Source of the DNA: Candidatus Magasanikiibacteriota bacterium
Lineage (GTDB): Bacteria > Patescibacteriota > Patescibacteriia > Magasanikbacterales > GWA2-37-8
Reading direction: 5' to 3'
NCBI GenBank assembly: GCA_041666745.1
Contig: JBAYGI010000004.1
Location: forward strand, 3,440-67,439
DNA length: 64,000 nucleotides
Part shown: positions 26,648-34,037 of the stretch, one piece after another
Numbering within the stretch: the stretch's first letter is position 1
Layout: every line of letters starts with the position of its first letter
Translations under genes and position numbers: made by a program
Notes under the pieces: model-generated
What the model was told of the DNA's origin: nothing
Seen by the model: the letters and a program-made list of their open reading frames with translations, nothing else
Database searches by the model: none

Positions 26648-27373
26648 ATGTCTGGACATTCAAAATGGCACAACATCCAACAACGCAAAGGTAAACAGGA
26701 CGCCAAGCGTAGTAGTATGTTTTCCAAATACTCCAAAGCGGTTTCTATCGCGGCACAAAAAGGCGGAGGTGATCCGGAGACTAATTTTTCTTTGCGTTTG
26801 GCTATTGAAAAAGCAAAAAGTGTGGCCATGCCAAAAGATAATATTGATCGCGCGATAAAAAAAGGTACCGGTGAAGCCGGTGATGGTATGCAAATCGAGG
26901 AAGTTTTTTATGAGGCTTACGGTCCGGGTGGAGTGGCGATTATCATCAAATGTTTGACCGACAATCGCAATCGTACCAGTGCCGACATGAAACATTTGTT
27001 GTCAAAAAATAGTGGTACATTGGGAAGTAGTGGTAGTGTGATGTGGATGTTTGATTTGTTTGGTTTGATTCAATTTGAGAGTTCAAAATTACCGGCTGAT
27101 CGAGATTCTTTTGAAATGGATTTGATTGAAGCCGGCGCAGAAGATATTTCTGTTGAAGATAATCAGGTGGAAATAAAAACTAAGGTAGAAAATTTTTCCA
27201 AAGTTTTAAATAAATTAAAATCACTTGGAATTGAACCGGATGATTCCGGTTTGCAATACATTGCGAAAGACGAAGTAGCTATAAACGATGAAGTGAGCAA
27301 TCGACTATCAACCTTGTTTGAACTTTTTGAAGAAAACGATGATGTAGAAGATTATTACACCAACGCCGGATAG
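26648..27373 (+). CDS. yebC: YebC/PmpR-family transcriptional regulatory protein
   Basis: MSGHSKWHNIQQRKGKQDAKR... is the highly conserved N-terminus of the YebC family. Confidence 0.9.
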   Translation: MSGHSKWHNIQQRKGKQDAKRSSMFSKYSKAVSIAAQKGGGDPETNFSLRLAIEKAKSVAMPKDNIDRAIKKGTGEAGDGMQIEEVFYEAYGPGGVAIIIKCLTDNRNRTSADMKHLLSKNSGTLGSSGSVMWMFDLFGLIQFESSKLPADRDSFEMDLIEAGAEDISVEDNQVEIKTKVENFSKVLNKLKSLGIEPDDSGLQYIAKDEVAINDEVSNRLSTLFELFEENDDVEDYYTNAG

Positions 27374-27388
27374 AATAAAAAATAAAAT

Positions 27389-27889
27389 ATGCCAAAACAA
27401 GAAATTATTTTAGGAATTGATCCCGGTTTTGGTCGAGTGGGTTTTGGTGTAATTGAAAAATTAAAAACAGGGGAGTGGAAATCTTTGGATTATGGATGTA
27501 TCGAGACGTCACCAAAGAAAATTTTTGTTGATCGGTTGTTGGAAATATATGAAGCGGTTGGTTTTTTAATAAAAAAATACAAACCATCGAGAGTGGCGGT
27601 AGAAAAACTTTTTTTCTTTAGAAATGTGACTACGGCAATAGAAGTTGGGCAGGCTAGAGGCGTGATTTTACTCTGTGCGGTGCAAATTGGTTTGCCGATA
27701 GATGAGTTCACACCACTGCAGATCAAACAAGCAATTACCGGCTATGGCAAAGCAGAAAAGCAACAAATGCAAAAAATGGTAGCGATAATTTTGGGGATAA
27801 AAGGCAAAATAAAATCGGACGATGCCGCCGATGCGTTGGCCGTGGCATTGTGTGCCGGACAAAGTTTGTGGCATAAGAATATAAAATAA
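27389..27889 (+). CDS. ruvC: crossover junction endodeoxyribonuclease RuvC
   Basis: ILGIDPGFGRVGFGVIE and catalytic acidic residues. 166 aa. Confidence 0.9.
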   Translation: MPKQEIILGIDPGFGRVGFGVIEKLKTGEWKSLDYGCIETSPKKIFVDRLLEIYEAVGFLIKKYKPSRVAVEKLFFFRNVTTAIEVGQARGVILLCAVQIGLPIDEFTPLQIKQAITGYGKAEKQQMQKMVAIILGIKGKIKSDDAADALAVALCAGQSLWHKNIK

Positions 27890-27890
27890 T

Positions 27891-28541
27891 ATGCTCAAAG
27901 TTTTATACGAAGACAATCACCTCGTCGCGGTTTTTAAACCAGCGGGTGTTTTGGTACAGGGCGATGAAACCGGTGACAAATGTTTGATGGATGAGGTGAA
28001 AGAATATTTAAAAGAAAAATACAATAAGCCCGGGCAGGTATTTTTGGGATTGTTACACCGTTTGGATCGGCCGGTGAGTGGAGTGGTGTTGTTTGCCAAA
28101 ACCAGTAAAGGAGCTTCACGATTGTCTGAACAAATTCGCACTCATAAAGTACAAAAAGTTTATCAGGCATTGGTGGAGGGGAAAGTAAAAAAAGAAAGGG
28201 GTACTTTGATAAATTGGTTGAAAAAAGATGAACAAAAAAATAAAGTGACTGTTTTTGATAAAGAAACTAAAGATACGCTTTATGCTGAATTGGATTATAA
28301 GGTTTTAAAATCCAACAGCCAAAATTCATTGTTGGAAATAAATTTAAAAACCGGTCGGCCACATCAGATTCGTTCACAGTTGGCACACATCGGACATCCG
28401 ATAGTGGGGGATCTGAAATATGGAGCAAAAAATGCTTTGCCGGATAAATCTATTGCGTTGTGTGCGGTTTCTTTTACTTTTGAAACGGCGACTGGTGGTG
28501 AAATAAAAACAGCGACCGTGGAGACGCCATTTTTCTTGTAG
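27891..28541 (+). CDS. RluA-family RNA pseudouridine synthase
   Basis: HRLDRPVSGVVLFAKT with catalytic Asp, and KVYQALVEG motif II. Confidence 0.85.
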   Translation: MLKVLYEDNHLVAVFKPAGVLVQGDETGDKCLMDEVKEYLKEKYNKPGQVFLGLLHRLDRPVSGVVLFAKTSKGASRLSEQIRTHKVQKVYQALVEGKVKKERGTLINWLKKDEQKNKVTVFDKETKDTLYAELDYKVLKSNSQNSLLEINLKTGRPHQIRSQLAHIGHPIVGDLKYGAKNALPDKSIALCAVSFTFETATGGEIKTATVETPFFL

Positions 28542-28547
28542 TTTTAC

Positions 28548-28642
28548 GCTCGGTCGCCTATTGCTTTTCGCTTTTTTCGACCGCGAGGTCGAAAGGATGA
28601 GCCTCGGGCTCATAACCCGCTCAAAACAATAGGTGACCGAGC
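28548..28642. repeat. structured palindromic intergenic element, copy 1 (outer 16-bp stem, inner stem TCGACC-gcga-GGTCGA, conserved core with hairpin ATGAGCC-tcg-GGCTCAT)
   Basis: Read directly from the sequence. Followed by a T-run. A 62-nt core is shared with 42641-42733 in inverted orientation. Confidence 0.85.
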
Positions 28643-29337
28643 TATATTTTTTCAAAAAGGGGTTTGTAGATGTCGTCTTTGATGTCTATTTTTAGTTCAT
28701 TGCGATTGACGGTATTGATAAATTCTATAGGGGCATCAGAAATTATTGCCAGCGGTTGTTTTTCTGTGCCTTCGCCCATTACCAATACAGCGGTGGTGGC
28801 TAGGCTGTCGGCGATGTCTGTTTTGGAAACTTTAAATTTTCTGTCAAATAAATCCGGTTTTCCGATGTAATTTTTTATCCCTTTGAACCCGGCATATCCC
28901 ATAGATATGCCCACTACGCCGGCGCGCAAAGGCATGAGGCGACTGTCGGTGATTATTACCCCGAGTTTTTTTAGTTTATATTTTTTGAGTAGATAATCGC
29001 GCACTATTTCGGCGCTTTGGTAGCAATCTTTTGGTAGTAGTATCAATTTTCCATTGGCGTTGGACTCATCGATGCCGGCACTGGACAACACGTCGCCGTC
29101 TTTGATGGTCAGCCAAGCATATTTTGTTTTAATAGCAAAATCACTTTCTTGTCGGATGATTTTTTCTTTATATTTTTCATCTTTCGCCACACAAAACCTA
29201 CCTTCGGATAGGGCGACAATTTTTGAAGTTATTACCACCACGTCCTTATTTTTTATTTGAGGTAAATGTTTGTCCAAAAAAGAAAATAGGTCGCCGTTTT
29301 CTTTGAATAAAGAAGTTTTGATTGGTTGGACTTTCAT
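28642..29337 (-). CDS. CofE-like protein (F420-0:gamma-glutamyl ligase family fold)
   Basis: VVVITSKIVALSEGR and SSAGIDESN match CofE family motifs. 231 aa. Confidence 0.6.
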   Translation of the reverse strand: MKVQPIKTSLFKENGDLFSFLDKHLPQIKNKDVVVITSKIVALSEGRFCVAKDEKYKEKIIRQESDFAIKTKYAWLTIKDGDVLSSAGIDESNANGKLILLPKDCYQSAEIVRDYLLKKYKLKKLGVIITDSRLMPLRAGVVGISMGYAGFKGIKNYIGKPDLFDRKFKVSKTDIADSLATTAVLVMGEGTEKQPLAIISDAPIEFINTVNRNELKIDIKDDIYKPLFEKI

Positions 29338-29338
29338 G

Positions 29339-30169
29339 TTATAGGATTTGTTTTAAAATATCATTAACAAAATCGAAATTATCATTTCCTCCAAACACCA
29401 CATCAAATTTTTGAGCAAATTTTTGTTCATCCTCCTCTTTGTGAACAAAAGCAATGTTTAATAAATTTTTATAATCAAATCCTTCAATCATTCCCAGATC
29501 ATCAATCGCATCGCCTAGCAACATGACATTGGTTCGATCTTTTAGCTGTTCAAAAAAAGGAAATTCGCGCAAAATTATTTCATATTTATTTAGGGAGTGA
29601 ATAATCGGTTTTTTGGCACCGATCATATAGCCAGCTTGATCAAAATCATAATAATTGGCCACAATATGGACATTATCAGTCAATAATCCGTCTCGCTCAA
29701 GCATTTTTTCGATCATATAAGCCGGTCCGCCGGAGATAATTACTATCGGTACATTGTATTGATGTAATAATTTAAAAAAAGTTTCCGCTCCTGCGCGTAG
29801 TTTCATGTGGGCGGCGGAAATCACCGTATCCATGTCGTGTTTATTTAATCGACATTGAATAAGTAATTTACTATGTTCTTCCCACCATTCATCCATTTTT
29901 TTCATTCGATCCGGGCGAGAGATTTTCTGGTCGTGTTCAAACGGAGCATATTTTTGAAATAATTCAAAAGAGGCCGGCGCATATTCCGGTGTTAAGTATC
30001 CACCAACGCGCAGTTGTCCGATCAATGAGCCGACCGGTTTTCCATTGATATAAGAAACAACAGTGATGGTTTTGTCAAAGTCACTAAGAATATGCAACTT
30101 GTTTGATCCACCCTCAGCCATTTTTTGGATTTTTTCAGCCAGTTGTTGTTCGTTTGAAATTAGTTTCAT
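29339..30169 (-). CDS. HAD-superfamily hydrolase, pyrimidine 5'-nucleotidase (cN-III/UMPH-1)-like
   Basis: DxDxT motif in HILSDFDKTIT, GDAIDD motif IV, size about 276 aa. Confidence 0.5.
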   Translation of the reverse strand: MKLISNEQQLAEKIQKMAEGGSNKLHILSDFDKTITVVSYINGKPVGSLIGQLRVGGYLTPEYAPASFELFQKYAPFEHDQKISRPDRMKKMDEWWEEHSKLLIQCRLNKHDMDTVISAAHMKLRAGAETFFKLLHQYNVPIVIISGGPAYMIEKMLERDGLLTDNVHIVANYYDFDQAGYMIGAKKPIIHSLNKYEIILREFPFFEQLKDRTNVMLLGDAIDDLGMIEGFDYKNLLNIAFVHKEEDEQKFAQKFDVVFGGNDNFDFVNDILKQIL

Positions 30170-30235
30170 AATAAAAGAATTATAAAGCTAAAAAGGTTAA
30201 TGGTCAATAAGCTAAATTGGTGCTAAATTTATAAC

Positions 30236-30266
30236 AAAAAATCCGCTTATTCAGCGGATTTTTAGT
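30236..30266 (-). terminator. intrinsic terminator downstream of the small lysine-rich ORF
   Basis: AATCCGCT gaataa AGCGGATT flanked by A/T runs. Confidence 0.5.
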
Positions 30267-30271
30267 AAGAA

Positions 30272-30346
30272 TTATTTCTTACCCTTTTTCTTAGCTTTCT
30301 TAGCTTTTTTCTTAGCTACAACTTTCTTTTTCTTAGCTTTTGCCAT
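30272..30346 (-). CDS. candidate 24-aa lysine-rich small protein MAKAKKKKVVAKKKAKKAKKKGKK
   Basis: Strong SD AGGAGGTG 6 nt upstream of the ATG on the minus strand, with a terminator immediately downstream. The identity of the protein is unknown. Confidence 0.4.
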   Translation of the reverse strand: MAKAKKKKVVAKKKAKKAKKKGKK

Positions 30347-30684
30347 AAATTTCACCTCCTGATTTACTCTCATTAAGTTGAGAGAAATTAATTTTTCCTA
30401 CTCGCGAGTGCGAGAAAAAATTTTTAAGAAGTATTTTTTACAAGACAAGCATTGTTGTAAAAAAATATTTTCTTCGACCTATGCATATATTATAATACTT
30501 TTCTGAAAAAAAGAAATAGTGTCAACCAAAGTTATGCACAGGTAGGCGGAAAAAAAGTTTTTATTAATTTTTTTTAAGAAAATTTATTTTTTATATAAGA
30601 AATAAAAATTCGGTGAACGCCTACTTGACAAAAATATATTTTTTTGGTTTAATTGGTGCGTAATATTATTAATTTTTTTAATGT

Positions 30685-31215
30685 ATGGGTCATCTAACAG
30701 ACGAAGATAAACAATTTTTACACGAATTGCGTGAGAAAAATATTTTGGAAGAAGTTGAGCCGAATTCATTGAGTTTATCTCATGGGGCGATAGTTTTAAC
30801 TTGCGCCGACGGGGATCAATTTTATGACTATTATAGCCATATTAGCAGTATTACCAAAGGACAGATCGCAAAAAGCAGAGTACATACTTTTGCTCTAAAC
30901 GGTGGATCGATTTTGTTGTCCTCAGCTTGGCCGGACAAAGAAGAAGCAGTCGTTTTGAAGCGCCATATCAATGTGGCAGTAGATCTCAAAGATATTCATA
31001 CTGTAATTTTATACGCACATGCGCCTTGTGGCGCGGCGGCGATGTGTCACTTGAATATAAAAACAGTCATTGATTATTTGATGGAAGCAAAGTCAATAAT
31101 TAAAAATTTACGAACAGATATAAAAGTAATTTGTTTCATGCATGTGGATTGGGACGGAGAAAAGAAGCGAACATATTTTATTTCGCGAGACAAATGGGAA
31201 AAATTTGATAAATAA
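30685..31215 (+). CDS. hypothetical protein
   Basis: 176-aa ORF, TTGACA-like promoter upstream, no recognised motif. Confidence 0.45.
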   Translation: MGHLTDEDKQFLHELREKNILEEVEPNSLSLSHGAIVLTCADGDQFYDYYSHISSITKGQIAKSRVHTFALNGGSILLSSAWPDKEEAVVLKRHINVAVDLKDIHTVILYAHAPCGAAAMCHLNIKTVIDYLMEAKSIIKNLRTDIKVICFMHVDWDGEKKRTYFISRDKWEKFDK

Positions 31216-31227
31216 AACAAAATAAAA

Positions 31228-31262
31228 AAACAATCCTGACTGAATCGGGATTGTTTTTTTGT
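31228..31262. terminator. bidirectional hairpin terminator
   Basis: AACAATCC tgactgaa tcGGGATTGTT with flanking A-run and T-run, between a + CDS and the - tRNA genes. Confidence 0.55.
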
Positions 31263-31337
31263 TGGTGCCCTCGGCAGGAGTCGAACCCACATTCCCAGGT
31301 TCGAAGCCTGGTGTCCTATCCGTTGAACGACGAGGGC
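31263..31337 (-). tRNA. tRNA-Arg (anticodon TCG), CCA encoded
   Basis: Minus-strand GCCCTCG...CGAGGGC A CCA. Anticodon stem CCAGG/CCTGG, loop CTTCGAA, T-loop TTCGACT. Confidence 0.7.
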
Positions 31338-31354
31338 AAATTGTGTTTTGTTTG

Positions 31355-31427
31355 TGGGCCGGCCGGGGATCGAACCCGGGACCTTATCCTTAAGAGGGAT
31401 CTGCTCTACCAGCTGAGCTACCGGCCC
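31355..31427 (-). tRNA. tRNA-Lys (anticodon CTT)
   Basis: Minus-strand GGGCCGG TA GCTC AGCTGGTA GAGC ... loop CTCTTAA ... T-arm CCGGG TTCGATC CCCGG, acceptor CCGGCCC A. One G-A mismatch at the base of the anticodon stem. Confidence 0.65.
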
Positions 31428-31441
31428 GTGAAGGTGATCGG

Positions 31442-32212
31442 TTATTGAATCGGATCACCCGGTTGTCGTTTTAGTATTTCCATTTTTGGTCCTTTCCAGC
31501 CTTTGATTTTCAAAGCGGCCTCGGCGGCTTCGGTTTGAGCTTCTTGTTTGCTACTACCATTACCACTGGCGATTAATTCTTTTTCTAAGAATATTCCCAC
31601 TTTAAAAATTTTATCATGATCCGGTCCTTCTTCTTCCAACACGCGATAAGTCGGAGTGATCCCCAAAATCTCTTGAGAAGATTCTTGGAAGCGACTCTTG
31701 GCATCCATATACAAACCATTTTCCAGTACAAAAGGTAATTTGGAAATTACCCAACGCAAGATGAATTTTTTACAGGCTTCATAACCTTGATCCAGATAAA
31801 TCGCACCCACCAATGATTCAAACACATTGGCCATGATATATTCACGAGCCTTGGTGCCGGAGTCTTTGGTTTCGCCATGGCTCAAGAACAAAAACGGTTC
31901 AACACCGATTTCATACGCCACACTAGCGAGCATTTTGGCGTTGACCAAAGCCGCGCGCCAATTGGTCAATTCACCCTCTGGATTGCCATATTCATTGAAA
32001 AGGTATTCAGTAACAACTAATTCTACCACAGCGTCCCCCAAAAATTCAAGACGTTCGTTTTGACCCAATGGAAATTCGTGGTGTTCGTTTAAATATGATC
32101 GATGGACAAAAGCTTGAACCAAAAAATCAATGTTTTTAAATTTGATGTCGATTTTTGTTTCCAATAACGGAAAGTCCTTTTCTTGGACTTCCGGTAAGTC
32201 GGTTGATTTCAT
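31442..32212 (-). CDS. rnc: ribonuclease III
   Basis: HRSY...NERLEFLGDAVV signature plus a C-terminal dsRBD. Confidence 0.9.
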   Translation of the reverse strand: MKSTDLPEVQEKDFPLLETKIDIKFKNIDFLVQAFVHRSYLNEHHEFPLGQNERLEFLGDAVVELVVTEYLFNEYGNPEGELTNWRAALVNAKMLASVAYEIGVEPFLFLSHGETKDSGTKAREYIMANVFESLVGAIYLDQGYEACKKFILRWVISKLPFVLENGLYMDAKSRFQESSQEILGITPTYRVLEEEGPDHDKIFKVGIFLEKELIASGNGSSKQEAQTEAAEAALKIKGWKGPKMEILKRQPGDPIQ

Positions 32213-32220
32213 ATTTGTAT

Positions 32221-32670
32221 TTATTTTTTTTCTGCGATTAATGATTCGCCGTTTGGGTACATGTCTTTGTAGAGTGAGCCCAACACGCCGTTTACAAATT
32301 TTCCCGAAGCCGGTCCGCCATAACTTTTGGCCAATTCAATCGCTTCGTTGATAGCGACTTTGGGAGGAACTTCCGGGTTGAATTTCATTTCCCATATTCC
32401 AATACGCAAAATATTGCGATCCATGACGGTGATTTTTTCTAATGGCCAATTGGGAGCATATTTTACAATGATTTCATCGATTTCTTTCAAATGGTCAATG
32501 ATGCCATTGATGATATCACTGGAAAATTGCTTTTCATCACCTAAACCCACTCCAAACTCTTTGATATTTTGATCCAAAATAGCTGGCAGACCAGCACTGG
32601 GCTGTCCACGAAAATCCCATTCAAAGATGGTTTGCATAGCGATTGAGCGAGCGAGATGACGATTGGACAT
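32221..32670 (-). CDS. nusB: transcription antitermination factor NusB
   Basis: [17 protein letters not shown] start and all-helical ~149 aa, consistent with NusB. Confidence 0.8.
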   Translation of the reverse strand: MSNRHLARSIAMQTIFEWDFRGQPSAGLPAILDQNIKEFGVGLGDEKQFSSDIINGIIDHLKEIDEIIVKYAPNWPLEKITVMDRNILRIGIWEMKFNPEVPPKVAINEAIELAKSYGGPASGKFVNGVLGSLYKDMYPNGESLIAEKK

Positions 32671-32715
32671 AGGAAAAAACTAAGGCCAATAGTGAAAAAC
32701 TATTGGCCAAAGGCA

Positions 32716-32931
32716 TTATTTCTTTTTAGTTTTGCGAACAGTGCGAGAAGCGCGTTTGGTGATGTTGAGAACTTGACGACCACGATAGATTCCACAAAAG
32801 GCGCAAGCGCGGTGTGGACGAGTGGTTTTACCGCATTTTGGACAAGTAGCAGGGTTGATTGCTTTTAGTCCATGTTGCGCGGCACGACGGCGTTTATCGC
32901 CACTAGTACGGCGATGACCAGGTAAACCCAT
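32716..32931 (-). CDS. rpmF: 50S ribosomal protein bL32
   Basis: PGHRRTSGDKRRRAAQHGLK, CPKCG...CAFCG zinc ribbon, 71 aa. Confidence 0.8.
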   Translation of the reverse strand: MGLPGHRRTSGDKRRRAAQHGLKAINPATCPKCGKTTRPHRACAFCGIYRGRQVLNITKRASRTVRKTKKK

Positions 32932-33065
32932 ATAGGTATGTTTATTTTAGTAAAAAAACGAAATTTGGAATTTCCAAATTGCAAAGTTATTATACATCAA
33001 AAAGAGGTGTTTGTAAAGGGTCACGGTTGATTTTATCCGCAATTTAGATTAAAATACCTGTAATT

Positions 33066-34037
33066 ATGAAACAAATACGTCAAATTGAAGAAAAAACTAT
33101 TTGGGATCGGTTGGTTTTGGCTGGTTTTGCGCCGTTTGCTCAATCTTGGGATTGGGGAGCTGTTTTGGTTGCTGAAGGAAAAGAAGTGGAAAGGTTGGTG
33201 GTGGAAAACGATGGAGAGGTAGTATTTGGAGCACAAGTGGTTTATCTGCCCCTGATTTTTGGTTGGCGTTATGCTTTTTGTCCAAAAGGACCGGTCGGGG
33301 ATCTGAACGCAGAAAATTTTAGACTGTTGAATGAATATTTTAAGAAAAATAAAATAGTTTTTTGGCGCTTTGAGCCGGCAGAAAAAATCGAGTTGCCAAA
33401 TTTAATTAAAACCGTAGATATAAATCCGCGGGCCACTTTAATTTTGGATTTGCAAAAAAGTGAAGAAGAAATTTTGGAAAAAATGCATACCAAAACAAGA
33501 TATAATATTCGTCTAGCTCAAAAGAAAAATTTGGAAATAAAAAATGAAAAGAATTTAAAAATATTTTTGGAATTAATGAAAAAAACCGGCAGTCGCGATA
33601 ATTTTCGTTTGCATGAGACCAAACACTATGAAGCGATTTTAAATTCAGATTTTTGTAAACAAATTACTATATACTACGAACAAAAACCTTTGGCCACAGC
33701 AATGTTTGTGGGATGTGGTGAAACGTTTACTTATTTATTTGGCGCGTCTGATCACGGATATCGTCAGCTGATGGCGCCATATCTATTGCAGTGGGAGGGA
33801 ATAAAACTCGGGAAGAAAAACAATTATAAATTTTATGATTTTTTTGGTGTGGCACCAAAAATAAACGAAGAAGGCGAGTATGAATTTGATTACAAACATC
33901 AGTATGCCGGAGTAAGTCGATTCAAACACGGTTTCGGTGGAGTATATTATGAAGCACCAGGAACTTTTGATTTAAAAATCAACAAAACCAAATATAATAT
34001 TTATTTTTGGCTTCGCAAATTGCGTAGGATGGTTTAA
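33066..34037 (+). CDS. FemAB-family peptidoglycan interpeptide-bridge peptidyltransferase
   Basis: TRYNIRLAQKK motif and overall FemAB/MurM-like length and pattern. Confidence 0.65.
   Translation: MKQIRQIEEKTIWDRLVLAGFAPFAQSWDWGAVLVAEGKEVERLVVENDGEVVFGAQVVYLPLIFGWRYAFCPKGPVGDLNAENFRLLNEYFKKNKIVFWRFEPAEKIELPNLIKTVDINPRATLILDLQKSEEEILEKMHTKTRYNIRLAQKKNLEIKNEKNLKIFLELMKKTGSRDNFRLHETKHYEAILNSDFCKQITIYYEQKPLATAMFVGCGETFTYLFGASDHGYRQLMAPYLLQWEGIKLGKKNNYKFYDFFGVAPKINEEGEYEFDYKHQYAGVSRFKHGFGGVYYEAPGTFDLKINKTKYNIYFWLRKLRRMV

Noticed and set aside
30290-30345. Tandem CTTAGCT repeats that look like a short repeat array
   Set aside because: They are the coding repeats of the lysine/alanine-rich microprotein (AAG/GCT codons), not a CRISPR or satellite array. 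No CRISPR repeat-spacer structure occurs anywhere in the window.
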